Source: Tubiluchus corallicola (taxonomy: Eukaryota > Animalia > Priapulida). From it: a stretch of 64,000 bases of DNA. Below the pieces are notes generated by a model. The model did not search any database. It was given only the letters and a program-made list of their open reading frames with translations, and had not been told where the DNA came from. Where the stretch lies: contig JAQGDQ010000051.1 of assembly GCA_030141605.1 (NCBI GenBank), positions 766,177 through 830,176 on the forward strand, given 5' to 3'. Made by a program: the position numbers and the translations under genes. This document shows positions 49,201 through 63,133 of the stretch, piece by piece (position 1 is the first letter of the stretch; every line of letters starts with the position of its first letter).

Positions 49201-52200
49201 TAACGCAGCTAAATAATTTTAGTTTTCGTTTAAATGAATCAATGCAAACAGGTTCACCTGTTGACTGATGTGTCTGTACACTAAATTTGTGACATGCCAA
49301 TTATAGTATCAGTAAAATCGTGCATAATATTTTGTTTTCATTTTTTGCAAGTTGCGTACTTGAATTCCAGCTAATATTATCATCAATTACTTTGCTTTTG
49401 CTTACTTTACGACATTACACTAATTGTAACGTTGTTGAAAGGTTGCTTTGCACTATAAATATTGCTGAAGTTTCCTGAGCTCCCTGAAGAACTTGCATGT
49501 CTGCAAACAGCTGCGGCCCAAGTAGAACAATAATTATAATTTATGTACACTATATTGTACTGTGTACTGTACTGTGTACAGTATAAACTACTACAAAATA
49601 ACAGTATAACCGCAGTGAAGCAGTACACTTCTCGCTCGCGTTACGGTTCAGTGATTTTGGACTGGCAATCGGAACTATGAGCTTTTTTCAGCACAAAATA
49701 ACACGTTTGCGATTGTTGTTATTTTTGCTGTATGTTTGTGTTTTGTGTGCAGTTTCTGTTTTCCTTATCATCATCTTCTTCATCATCATTGTTGTTATTA
49801 TTACATATGTTTTCTTGCTGCTGCTGTTGATGTTTTTGTTGTTGTTTGTTTGTTTCATGTATGCTGTTTTTATCATTGTCATCATTATCATCATCCACAT
49901 CATCGTTATCATCTTCAGCATCGTCATCATTGTTGTCCTTGTTACATTTGTTATTTTGTTGCTTTTGTTGTTGCAATTATTTTGTAATGAGATATGGAAA
50001 TGCTGTCTTCTGTTTAGTACCAAATTTTCCAGTACCAAACTTTCCTTGTACCAAATTATTGCTGTAATTATAGCAGAATAAATTAACTGTTGTCGATTAG
50101 TTGTGTCTGCTAATTTATTGAAGAGAGTGCTGAGAAACTTTTGGCCAAACCGGACTTGAACCATTAAGTGCCAGAAGTTTGCCATTTCAGTACAAATGAT
50201 TGACTTATGACAAATTACAAAATACTGCATGTTAAAGATATTTATAATTTTTTATTTACTTTCAGGTTATTACAACTGACTTTCAGGCGTCAGGGCAGCT
50301 TCATGTATGTGATGAAACAAACGCTTGATGAATTTGGCTTGGCTGCAGTGCTACATTGCATTATTTGAAACCACAATTAAAAGGCAGTTTTTTTAAAATG
50401 CTCTTATACCTGCATTAAAAAGTATAATGTACGTGCAATGTCTGATTGATAAAAAAACTGACTGACCTTGAAACATGAATAATTTGGTGAAGTGGGGGTT
50501 ATAAGGAGTATATGTGCTGTGGTGAAGTAGAGTAAGGACATGCATTGACTTTGTGGATGGAACGAACAGCGAAGCTTGTAGAAGCTGCAACGTCATGGAA
50601 CTTTGACCTGATCTAAACATGTCAGTTGAACAGACAGTACGTTGCAGATGGACATAGCCTAGTATATACCAAAGAAATGCAAGAAAGGCCAGAAATGCTT
50701 TCCATGGTACTGATTGCACATTCATTAGACTAAGTATAAGTCTATGTCTGCAAACTATGTGTTATTTTTGTAACCAGTTTTTATGAATGTCACTATTCTA
50801 AGAAAAATTGATAATGATGATAAGTGTCAGTGTTACTTCGATACTTGGAATTTATACATATGATTAATGGCTATTCACATCAACGGATTGAGTCGACAGA
50901 CAGTATACAGATCTCAGAATTTGTTAGTGATAAAACTTTTTTGCCAATTGACAGGACTTCGTGATTGCATAATACTACCTGTGTTTACAGCAGGTGTTGC
51001 CAACACAAAACACTATTATTATTATTATCGTCATCATGATCATTGACTAAGAGCACGAGTATCTTAAATCTCATGTAAACAAATAAATTTAGGTTTCCTC
51101 ACAGTTGAACTCACTAAATGGCTAGGCATTCCCTTAACTGATACAATTTATTGTAATTTAATACTAATGCTATGTATTTTTATGCATTATGGAATTATAG
51201 AACTTTGCAAGTACTAGTTTGGCACTCAATGATGGGGGCCTAAAAAAATTTCAAAATTTGTGGTAGTTGTGGCAGGCCTCCAGTTAGCTTATTATCAATG
51301 CTATCATTACATTAGTTTTTGTAAACACTGAACTGACAGAGATCGCTTAATCACATGTGCTAGAGCGTACTTCTTAAGAGGATTTTCCTAGAGATCGGTC
51401 ACCAGGCACCCACCCAATAACTAACTAACTTGACAACTCAACTGTTCTTACATTGTTTAACTAAACTTGTTTAGAGTACTTCGGGCAAAGTGTGTATGTA
51501 GTGTTGGCAATATAATTATAGGAAATCGTGAAAAATTTAAATGTTATACTTAACATTGTTTGTTTTATTAAAGTTTAGATTTATAATGGATGCATTCGAG
51601 TTCGTTCTTATGGGTCAGTATGATGAAAAAAATCTCGACAAAAATAACTACATGCAAGTTATATATGTTATACATGCGTTTTGGCAAGTAGTTATAGCTT
51701 CAGACAAACTAATGTATATTATAATCCGCGTGCCGGGCATCTGATTTTTTCCACTCATGCACTTTCCTTGTGGTTTGTTTATTGCTTCTTATGTGCACTT
51801 GTGTTCATCTCACCAATTGACATTGACATTTTGATGTAACTGTTTCTACAAAGCATTTACATTATAAGATTATAGCTCAGTGTATAATTATGGTAAGAAA
51901 GGGGGAGGGGAGAAAAGGAACACACAAAGACAGATATTCTGAAAGGAGTGAGAGAGAGACAAAACAGAGGCACTGTTGCAACTCTCTAATTTATTCTAAA
52001 TTGCGCATCAGGCTTGCTTCACCCACCTGAGTTTGTAACCTGTATTACCTAGTTTAGTTTTCATAGAGGCTGAAATAATGATGACTGCTTGAGACAGCAA
52101 TTTTCTAACATTTCTGATTTATTATTTTATTAAAGGTTAATAAACTAATTAATAATGTAGCAAATGTATTTCCGGAAGCTTTTTTGCTTTTTGTTCAACT

Positions 52201-55200
52201 TCAACTCATAACAGTACATACACAGAGAGGTAACCAAAGCAGACAGAAAGCAAGGAAGTTTCAAATAGAGAACATACGCAAGTACTGTACAGCACATTTG
52301 GCACAAGTTTGTGCTGATCGAAGCAGCAGCTTCAGGTTTGATGACTAACATGTCCGTTAAAAACTAGGCGCAAATTAAGAATACTGAACTGAAATTGAGT
52401 GTGACGTTTAGGCAACTGTAATATATTTTCTGTAATGTAACAGTAGATAAATTTTACAACTCATGTGGTTTCTAAAGTAAATGCTAGCACGAGTTAACTT
52501 TGTATTCTAAGGGACTAAATGCATAAAAAGCCCCCCAATCGGCTCTTAGTAATGTTTTCTTGTATACAGAATTTCAAACATTATCAAAGTCTGCTATGCA
52601 TGGCCATGTAATGGTATTATTTTATTGCACTGGTTAAACTCGATGACAGTTGATACGTACTGTACAGTATACAGTGTGCACAAGGCCTATTAGATAGTGC
52701 CTGTCATTCAATGTTGTTTTGATAGTAGTGTAACCACTCTCCCGTAAAGAAGTGATTAAACTAGCCCGTCAGCCATGCCTCGTCATTGACTTTGGTGACG
52801 TATGCAATACTGTACTGTCTGAAACCCTGCCTACTTTTTCAAATTTTAGCGTGAATTCAGCCCGATTACGAAAGGACGATAAAGCAGGCTTTAGGTCCCC
52901 ATAAATTCAATTAATTCATACCTTTTTATTTAAAATAATTAAACAGATATCATTTTACCAGGAAGTAAACAAAAACGATAATTTTTTTGTGTCACGTGCG
53001 AGAATTGAATAAGCATGTACTTAAATACTTAGCAATTATTTACATTAAGCCTACTTAAAAAAATTATGCTAAAATTTGTGATAACTTAGGCATTAAAAAA
53101 TCATTGACATAAAAATTCCTGCTAACACTCTGAACGACTTCATCAGGAGAGTAAATGACATTGTCGATGGCTGTCCGTTGCAGAGCAAAAGTAGCCACAC
53201 TAGGTGACCAAACACCTCCAAAAAGATGGACGGTCATTCGATAGGTTTTTATTTCTCCATCCAGATTACCATCTTGCCAGTACATAAAGCGCAGGGTGTC
53301 TCTGTATTCTGGTCTTACCCTGACCTGATAAAACATGGCTTCTATGTCAGCCATAACAGCAACATTGTTTTCCCGAAATCTATACAGGACGCCTAGAAGC
53401 TTACACGTCAGGGACACTCCATTATGCTTGGCCGAACAGTCAAAAACTGGGCGCATTTTTTCAGGCTTTTTAAAGACCGGAAAATGTGGCAAAAACCAGG
53501 TTTTTCCAATTTCTGACTCTTGATCCTCTGGCACTTCTGAAACTTGTTTATAATCTGTAATGATTTGCCTATTTTCGCATAATTAATTCTGTAGTTCTAA
53601 ACTTTAGTAAACGCAAAATCACGCGGTACATGAACCTAATTTGGTAATTTACTAATTTATACAATGTTCTATCAAATTTATAAGATTCTCATTCATTAAA
53701 CTAAAATGTCCAAAGTAATCAGTTCATAATGATTCAAAATAATACAAAATGATGTATTTACTTACATTGTATGTCTCCATAACACAAATCTAGTATTTAC
53801 CAATATATCTGACAAATTATGCCACTATCATACTGTGAAAAACTACTTTTAAAGAAGCCTGCCCAGGTAGAAACAGATCTGCACAGGTGAGTGACCGTGG
53901 TCACGTGACCAACGAGATACTTGGCGAAATTCCCTACAGTTATCCAAAGAATTCCTGGAAGCTAAACATTTAATCACTTGCCTAGGAGTTTCCTTTTGAT
54001 GCTCTGGTTGCAAATTACACTTTCAGGCTTAATGAGTTAACAGTCAAAGATGCAGGTGCAGTATAATCAACTGGTATTCCTTGTGACTTACAGTAAACAT
54101 CGTACAGCAAATAAGAGCAATATAAGTGAGCAGACGATTCAGAACGGTTTTAGTCACACACAACAACAGATTTTCAACGTTTTTATAATTACGAGAACTT
54201 TGTGGGCCAACTACTTCGCGAGAAAATGAAGCAGCTGACTTTGAAGGAATTTTTGTATTTTTGCAAATAAACAGACTTAGAAAAGTCTGTGAATATTTTA
54301 ATATTTTAAAATATTTTTTCTAATTTTTAACTTCACAAAGGAATTTAGGCATTATTTCGTTTCTAAGGTTCAGTCAGTTAATTGGGTCAAAACACATCAG
54401 TCTCAAAGTGAGTCTATTAAGCGGTGCCTACTGTATCTTAGCTTCACAAATTTAGCACAGTCATGTAAATTACTTTATAGTGGTATAAATTAATTGAGTT
54501 TTACCGAGTTTGAAATCAATTATATTTTGCTAATTTCATGTATCTTTCGAAAAAAAGTTCTAAAGCGATTCTAGCACAAATTTTTTGCTCAATGTGTGCT
54601 TTAATGTAACCCTGCTACATTACCCTACCTATTACTACCCTACTACCCTAACAGGTTTCATCTAAATTCTTATTCCTGAATAATAAATGGCGAAAAAATA
54701 GCGTAGGGAACTATATTTTATAACAAGTATTTACAACTACATGATTTACTATATAAGTTGCCATAGTTGCCAATTAAGTGCAACAGCCTACCAAAGTGCA
54801 ATTCTTCTCAGGTCTAGATCTAAAGCAGGTATTTTCAATATAATTAACTTAATTTTCTGTGAAATGCCTAAAATACCTGCAAGGCTGATAGCCAGCCTAC
54901 GCAAAACAATTTAGGGTGGCTTGCTTATTTTTGATTTAGCGGGAAAAGAAACTATTCATAAATGCTGTATACAATGTACATGTATACATATTAACAGATG
55001 TGTACAGCTTGGGAATAGAGATCAATACAGTGTAAAATAATAAAGAATTAGATTTAAAATTAAAGTCTTCGCTAACCCTACTACCATATTTGGAAGACCA
55101 ATATGATTGACTATCATATTAACATCACAAAGCAATCCGGAGGCATTCGGAGATCTGCACTCTTGGAGGCGATTTACTCTCTTAATGTGATGTAACATTT

Positions 55201-56838
55201 GTGACATAAATAAGTGATGGTTTCTTAGTCACAGACATGCTGGCTACTGATTCGCAAAAAATATTCTAAGTGTGGCAGTTAGTCTTTAAGTGTGCAATTG
55301 TCAGTGAGACTTACATTATTTAGTACAATAGAATTTGCCGAATATTCTTCCTTGTCTTGAGATTTAATGCACATGAGAGTATTTTGTAAAAATCAGGGTG
55401 ATCTTGAAATGTGTCATCAGACTTGATGTACTCTGGTGAAGTGACATGAAGTTAGGTAAAGAAATGCATCAGGATGTTTTTCATAAGTTACCATGGCTAC
55501 AAACAAAAATTGGAACAGTTGGCGAAATATTTCACATACAAGTAGCTCTAAGAAAAATGGTAGAAGCTTCAGTTGGCAGTTTTGTTCTGTGGGTTTTGAC
55601 ATGATTTATAAATGATGAACAGATAATATTTGCTACATGGATGCACCAGTGAAACCCATAAATTTCCTTCGAACAGCTTGAGGCGTACTGAACATTCAGA
55701 AGACTAAGGATAGGTCTTTGTGTGCTAGCATGTTGTTTTTTGTTAAAGTTCCCGTGAGCGTTACTAAGCTAAGAAAAGTAATTTTATGATGATGATGGTG
55801 ATGGGCCATGGTAATGACGATGATAAATGGATTTTTAATATGCTTGCAAGATTCATTAATTCTCACTGTTGCTTCAGTAATTGAAATTTATTTGTGAGAT
55901 TAATCGACTATTTTACATTGAGTGAGTGAATGTATGCATCTCAAACCTTGTAATGCTAATGTTTCTTGTCAATTTTAGACATTTCCCTGTAATTTTCTTA
56001 TTTCCATCTATTGATGATTATGTTAAAAAGGTTCGGGGTCCCGATTTCAAACTCAGCTAAAGTCCCACGCCCCAGTCACACAAGCCATTAACACTGACCT
56101 GAATCTTGATCCTGTCTCAAACCTCCAACACCTTTAGCTCTTAATAATAGTTTATATTAATCACACTGATCAAAGCTCTTGTAATGGGTGACAAAATAAA
56201 TGTATTTGAATAAAAATTAGCCATTAACCTGTTCATATCTGCTTAGTGTTTCGTAAAAAAGTCATTCCAGATAAAAAGTAGAGAAGTTGTTCAGTCTTTT
56301 ATTGTTTGATTATTACTTTAAATTTTTAAAAATGTGCTTTACTTTAACTGCTTTAAAATGTCATTACCATAGTATGACCTCTAGAGTGAAATAATAACTT
56401 CGGTAAGTTAAATCATCCCTAACTTTTACATTAATTGTATACATATGTCTTGCACATAGGTACAACACAATCTATAACGTACTAGCATAACATGTAACAC
56501 ACTTATAATTTACTTTCTGTATAATTTATCTGGTTAGCAATTATCGACTGAGAACTGATATTCTTTTTCAGAAGTGGCGCAAACGTTGGTTTGTGTTACG
56601 GCAATCTGGTAATTTACCTGGACAATACTTGCTTGAATATTTCACAGATCACAGCTGTAGAAAGTTAAAGGGAAGCATAGATTTGGATCAGTGTGAACAG
56701 GTAGACGCGGGACTTACTTTTGAAAGTCGTAAACGAGACTTTAAATTTATTTTTGATATCAAGACCAGCACTAGGTAAGTCGGATTTATTAAATCCATTT
56801 ACATCCTCAATTCTAAACTTCTCATTCCTTATTTCCCC

Positions 56839-56870
<32 letters not shown>

Positions 56871-59392
56871 TTCTATTCATTTTTAGTGCATCTTTATTTT
56901 GTTTGTAACTGTGACTTTCTGTTATTTTTAGTAAATTCACTTTTTATTCATTTTCATGCAAATTTTAACCTGTAAATTTTAGATTATAATTGTTGTAACT
57001 TTTTTTACTGTAAACTGTAACTGCCAATTTTTATTCAGTATTCATACTATTCCTAAGTATGTAGAAATTATTCATTATCTACATACTTAGCTATTTCTTA
57101 TAAATTGTAATTGCATAATTATTTTTGTTGCGATTTATTATTGTGATATATATATATATATATATTCGCATATAAAATGTAATTTACAGGCATAATTAGG
57201 TTAATGGATCATAAAATCATAATATGTAATAATAATAAGATATAAGTAATATTTACATTCAATTATTTAAAAAGTTTAGTAGCCTTGATATTATTTCTTC
57301 TTTTGTAAAGCTGGGAATGAAAAATTCATTATGAGCAGTCCAATATAATACATAAGAAACAATATCAGAATGACTATAATATTCATTTTCCCAAATCATT
57401 GCACTAAAGAAAATACAATATACAATATACAATACAAAGTAGTTCTAATAGAATATTGTTTAGAATAGACGTAGTACAACATAGTCAGATCTATTAATCT
57501 TTAGATCTAATAGTAGAATTATTAATCTTTCTATGCAAAATTTGCGACCTTTTGGCTGCAAGGTTAATAAATGAAAGGTTCTATTTCAGCAATGCAATGC
57601 ATCATGCTAACATGGGAATTTTTCGGAAGCAACAGGGCATGGCGTACAGCTTTTCTAAATTCAACGTTTAAAATCTTAATACATTTATCAGATAAGTTAA
57701 AAGTCGAGCAACCGTAAAATGAGCAGCAAAACGATTGAACCAATTTCAATAAAACACGCCTATTTGATATCGATTTAAAAAAGGAAAGCACAGAATTAAC
57801 ACTAGCTATGAAATCATTACAATGCTGTAATGCATCATGAATTGAATTTCTAAAGATTTCAAGAAAGCTTGTGACCTAAATGAGCCACTTCATTATACCA
57901 TTTAGTGCTATTCCATTAATAACAACTTTGGCGTCTGTCCTGTTTCACTGCAACGGAATAAAATGCATTTTGATTCTTGTATATTAGAAAGTGTATCATG
58001 ATCTGTAGCATATTGGGCACACATGTTAAGCATTGCTTTCAAAGCAGTAACTGTAGGGGCGAGAAGAGCAATGTAATCGGCGTAACCTAAAAGAGCACTA
58101 AATACGTTTTGTTAAATGGCATAGTATATGGCTGTCTTACACATCAGGTGCATCAGTTTTTAAAGGCAACATATGTAATTACAAATGAGGCCAGTTGCGT
58201 GAGAGGATGTGGTAAATGGGTACTATTAGAAAAAAGGGGTACCCACCGCGTCTGTCTTCTTGGGCTCCTTTTTGTCACTCTTCTGTCTTCCTTCCTCCTC
58301 TCTTCTCCGCTCCTCTCTCAGCTCTTGCTTTATATGCCTATTTGTTGAACCTCGGAAAAGAAAAAATATACTTAAATTTAGATTATAATAATATTAGGAA
58401 CAAATGGTGTCTACAAAAAAGTTTAAAAAATTCTTTACTTTTTTCAGAAGCTTTCATCCCCTGCCCTCATGGACTTCATCAACTGAAATCAATTTGATAT
58501 AGCTTCTGAACAAAATTAAAGAATTTTTTTAGACTTAATGGCAATTTACCATAGCAAGTCTCAAATGAGCACTATCGTACTTTCATACTCTCTACAAAGT
58601 CTAAATTTCGAGTGTAGTATGACAGTGCATTAGCTTTCGGCTGTAATAGTTACAAGTTTCTAGCTTTAGTGATTTTCAAGTTATGGCCAAAACTTTTGCA
58701 TGTTAAAGAATAAAATGCGGCTAATCCCGAACAGCGTCACCAATCGTCAATAGAAAAAAGGCCAGGTTAACATATAATGTACTCAATACATGGCAGCAAA
58801 AAATAAAGAAAGCAACCAGTTTACATCATGGTTTTCAGTACAAAAGTACAACACAGATAAAGATTTGTTGTCAAGAAAAATGTACTGGTATCTTGAATTC
58901 CACGATGGCTGCACATATCCGTTTGATATGAAGGAATTAAATATAAAAATTGTTGAGTGCTGCAACTAAATGCCCGTGACAGAAGCGAAAAGTGTATCAA
59001 CCGTTGAAAGAAATGCCTTTCGACTTAAATTATGAGAGAGCTCTTCTGAGACTTGACATCTTTAGTATAAAAAAATAGTGCCCTTTATGGTCTTAATACT
59101 GCTTTAACATTTTATCTGCAATTTTCAGCTGGTGATGTCTTCTAGGGTGAAAGCTTCTGAAATAATATGTAATCATTGTTACTGTAAAGGGCATTACATT
59201 TTTTATATTAGAAATGCTTTTGTCTAGTTTGCAAGTGAAAATGGTGGCATAGTAAATACAAATTTGCATGCCGAGTTTAAATGGCTATGACTGAATTAAA
59301 ATTGGACCTTTTGAATGAAAGCGATTTACAAATTATAGCTGTCACAGGAGACCATTGAACTTGCACCTCTGTCTCTCTCTCCCTCTCTCTTT

Positions 59393-59451
<59 letters not shown>

Positions 59452-62400
59452 CTCTCTCTGTCTGTCTTTCTGTCGCTCTTTTCTGCTATTACAAACCATT
59501 AATACTTTGGTGGTTTAAAATGGTTCTGAACAAGTAACAAGACAAGTTAAATAAGTAAAAATAATGAGATAGCTAATCACGACATTTAAGATTCATTAAT
59601 GATACCATTATTCCAGAAACCACTGCTCTCTTCTTTTAACTTTCTTATTGTTAAATATCTCTTTTTTACTCATGGATACATAACACTGCTCATCAAAGTT
59701 TAAGTGATAACTTAACATGAGCTGTGACAATCTTGACATGCTTGAAAATTACAACAAACTTTATAATTATGGTAAGCTGCTGGGATCAGAAAAGCAATCA
59801 TTACAGTGCTTTTCACTATCTTAGATCCATTGCTTATCATTACACTTTTTCTACAATAATAAAATTATTAAAGTATTAACTGCAAAGCCTGCAATGGACC
59901 CCAATGTGATGAACATAATATTGCAGCAAGATTTGGAGACAGTCGTCACACGGGGGTGCCGCATGCAATCCAAAATGGCAGAAGGTGCAATGCACTTGCT
60001 CATTTGATACACGTGCTCGTAATGTTTTTATTAAGTGCTTACTATTATTGCGATAGTGTTATTATTGCATTGTTATTGGGGTGCACCTAGTTAATGAAAC
60101 AAGACAGCACCGTGGTGCTGTTACAATCTTGTATAGGCATTTGAGAGATGATCGGGCGATGACAGTTATTCTAGAATGACAATGGACATTTTTGAAAAAG
60201 ACCGGAAATTTTCTGGAAATTTTCTGATTGTCAGACAACAATTCCATGCTTCATTTTCCTTGCATCTTCACTGTGAAATGGGCCTTAGGTCCAGTCCTTT
60301 AGTGATTTTATACAGCAAAACGAGTTCATGATTTTACATTAATTACAAATTATTACATGACAAGTAAGTGCCTCTTATGCTTTCCTTCTCTTCTCTCCTC
60401 TTTTCTCCACTCTCCTTTCCTCTCCACTCTCCTCTTCCCTCTCCTCTCCTCCCTCTTTCACCTCTCTCGAGGCCCTCGCCTCCACTCTTGCATATGCTTT
60501 TCCCTTCTCTTTGCTCTTCCTTGCTTCTTTGTTCACTGGTCCTTCTTTGCTTGTCCTTTCCTTTCCTCTCTTTTCCCTTCTGTACTCTTCTTTTCTAGAA
60601 TTCTTTTCTCTCCCTCCACTCCTTTCCTCTCTTCACCTCTTCTCTTCTCTATTCTTTTCCCTTCCCTTCTCTCTTTGCCTCTTCTCTCCTCTCCACTCCT
60701 CTCCTCTCTCTTCTCTTTTCCTCTCCTCTCCTCTCCTCCCCTTTCCCCATGTCCAGTCATTGCAGCTTCTGTACCATCGCCTGCCTTCCCCTTCTTTTCT
60801 TTACTTTCCCCTTCAGTCCCATTGCCCCATCTGCTTTTCTTTCCTCTCGTCTCTTTTGTACTCTTCTAGCTCTTCAATTTCTTCTCCTTTTCTCTCCTCA
60901 CCTCGTCTTTCCTCTGTTTTCCCTTTTTCTTTCTGCTCTTCCTTTCCCTTCGTTTTGCTTCTTTCTTCTCTTCTCTTCTCTTCTCTCTTTTCCCCTCTCC
61001 TCCTCTGCTCTTCTCTCTTCACTTCACTTTACTTCTCTTTTTTCCCTTCCCTTTCCTTTCCTTCCCCTCCCTTCCTTTGCTATGCTCTACTCTCCCTTCC
61101 CCTCTCCTCTCCTGTTCGTTTCACAGTTGCATGACTTGAAGGGCATTAGGTTTTCCCGGACAATAACTTTAAAGCAGACTTCACTGATTCGTTTTACTGG
61201 CGTCTCTTACAACGATTTCACTGTCCTGAACAGAAACGTAATCACTGGCTTCAGGCTATGCTGACTGCCTGAGACGCGCCCCTTTTGTTTGCAATGTTTA
61301 TGATACGTTTAGCTAAACCACGTTTTCGAATTTTTTTAATTAAATTAAAAGCCATAGTCAGTGCTTGCTGTAGAAGCTTGTTAATTCTTTGTACTGGGTA
61401 TGATTTTTTTCATTATAGAACCTATTATCTGGTATCAGAGACTGAAGACGACATGAATAAGTGGGTAGATTGTATTTGCCAGGTGTGTGGACTAAAACGT
61501 GCAGATGAAGATGAACAAGAAGCAGGTAAGTATTATAGTCAGGCGCCAGTCAGTATGTAGTATTAATTGTACTACATATATTATGTAAAGACATGTATAA
61601 ATGTATACTATATATATATGTAGTATTAATTGTAGCTTATATGTTGTAATAAACCAAGTGTTTAATTCAAGTTGCATGCATTAAGCTTTCGTTTCAAATT
61701 AGTTGTAAGCAAATTCACATGCAAACTTGGAATTTGTTAAAGTTACGACACTGTAGGCAGTTGCATGCAGCTGATGGCCTACAATAGGCTTCATCATAGT
61801 AGTTTCCTAGAATCCTAGCATGCTCCCGTGGCCCATGAAAGGGCTTAATGAGAATTGTAATGAATAGTTGGCCTATGGTTGTCACCAGTTCATATTGGTA
61901 AGTTTGATATAATAGTTTTATCAGTATGCATTTTAAGAAATCTCAAAATTTATTTAATCCACATTCATACTGGAACAAATATTTGTGATAACTTTTGTCG
62001 CTCGGCAAATAGCTAAAGTTGCCGTCTTTTTGATATTACATTTTCTGCCTCTAGAATAACTCTGGAAGCTAAGGAATGCTCACGGGCAAGGACTTCCCAT
62101 AAGAAATTATGTATATTATTACTCCGCTGCGAAGTCCTTTGTATATAAACAAGAGAGCTGTTTTCTCTAATGTGTTCAAAAATTCATTTGTAGTGAAACA
62201 ACGTCCAGACTTGACACTTAAAACACAACTTTCTCGGCAAGGACAAACCTCCGGTTTGGATGACCCTTCCGTGCTAATAACTTTCTGTGATGAAAACAAT
62301 TCTTAAGAAATCTCTTATGCCACTATGTGTACTAAGTTGGTGTATTTCATTACATTGAATTTTTGACCTGTATATAATTTTTATGACATTTTTATATTCT

Positions 62401-63133
62401 GGCTGAACAAGTTGATTAGAGTTAATGTGATGTCGAGTTCGAGGTAAATAGCTTATCAGGTCAACCATTATTATTCAATGTAGATTGGCAGTAGTGTGTT
62501 CCAATGAAGATGTGAGCTGAGAACAAATTGTTTGAGTTGTGATGTTAAAATTGCCGTTCGTTGCTTAGTAGCAATATTACTTATAATACTGGACTTATAA
62601 GCTTAAGTTAGGTCATCATAATTGTCTTACAACATCTTTGAATTCTAACCTATGTTTTCAGTCAAGTAATAAATTTTTTTCATTTTCATTTACTTTATAA
62701 AGTAACATATAAAGGCTATTGAAGCGCTTTTTTTATCTTTGCACAAAAGTACATAAAACTTGCAATAGAAGTTTGTTCTATATTTTTAACATTCAGTGCA
62801 TTTCATAATTTTACAGTGTTACTTTAAATAAAATGAACATAACAGTTTTTAGTAAATTCTATAAAAAGTAAATTGATGTCAACGTTATTATCATAATAAT
62901 CTAAAAAGTTTATATGCTTCCTGTTTTATAGACTAAACTAAATAATTTTTATTTTTTGTTTCTTTTATTTGAGTGCATGTAAATTATTTTTAGGTACTGT
63001 CAGTCAACATGAATATATTCAAGAGCCTTCAGGAACTGCTGCAATAAGTCATTCTCCATGTGTGACAACTGCACAGCCAGCTCAACGTAGTAGTGTTCAC
63101 TCACTGAACACAAATTCTACATCTAGTTTGCAG
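46140..63133 (+). CDS. GAB1: GRB2-associated binding protein (GAB/DOS family) adaptor, 5' part with PH domain; gene continues off the right edge
   Basis: Exons 46140-46211, 56572-56774, 61419-61525 and 62994-63133 are GT-AG and in phase. They encode MTNMEIVHGGWLTKSPPEKKIGKA/KWRKRWFVLRQSG..IDLDQCEQVDAGLTF../TYYLVSETEDDMNKWVDCICQVCG, the GAB/DOS PH domain. The symbol is family-level only (probably a pro-orthologue of GAB1-4). Confidence 0.93.
47036..47631 (-). mobile_element. ~620-bp MITE family, copy 3 (inverted)
   Basis: Reverse complement of the same family, in GAB intron 1. Confidence 0.8.
53064..53534 (-). mobile_element. BEL/Pao RT fragment in GAB intron 1
   Basis: WFLPHFPV..ADIEAMFYQVRV..RMTVHLFGGVWSPS..NFYVND; related to, but diverged from, the main element. 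Confidence 0.9.
53940..54433 (+). mobile_element. partial second copy of the pogo-type MITE
   Basis: Shares GGAAGCTAAACATTTAATCACTTG and the right TIR with 23620-24037. Confidence 0.75.
56572..56774 (+). CDS. GAB1: GAB exon 2
   Basis: tttttcag|KWRKRWFVLRQSGNLPGQYLLEYFTDHSCRKLKGSIDLDQCEQVDAGLTFESRKRDFKFIFDIKTST|gtaagt. Confidence 0.95.
57530..58130 (-). mobile_element. LINE RT fragment
   Basis: LGYADYIALLAPT (YADD-like) and FCCSFYGCSTF..RKAVRHAL. Confidence 0.75.
58350..58790 (+). repeat. interspersed repeat shared with ~18000-18300
   Basis: Common TCTACAAAGT..AAGTTATGGCCA..TGCATGTTAAA blocks. Confidence 0.6.
59370..59470. repeat. (CT)n microsatellite
   Basis: Directly visible. Confidence 0.9.
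60375..61115. repeat. ~740-bp polypyrimidine low-complexity tract
   Basis: Almost purely C/T on the plus strand. Confidence 0.9.
61419..61525 (+). CDS. GAB1: GAB exon 3
   Basis: cattatag|TYYLVSETEDDMNKWVDCICQVCGLKRADEDEQEA|gtaagt. Confidence 0.95.
62994..63133 (+). CDS. GAB1: probable GAB exon 4 (disordered tail)
   Basis: ttttag|(G)TVSQHEYIQEPSG..STSSLQ|gtattg; phase 1 start matches exon 3; Ser/Thr-rich, with no homology support. Confidence 0.7.

Noticed and set aside
49677-50230. Hydrophobic 'membrane protein' ORFs
   Set aside because: Low-complexity (CAT/TTG) repeats, open in several frames.
60357-61264. Overlapping 170-207 aa Leu/Ser/Phe/Pro-rich ORFs
   Set aside because: Translations of a stop-free polypyrimidine tract.
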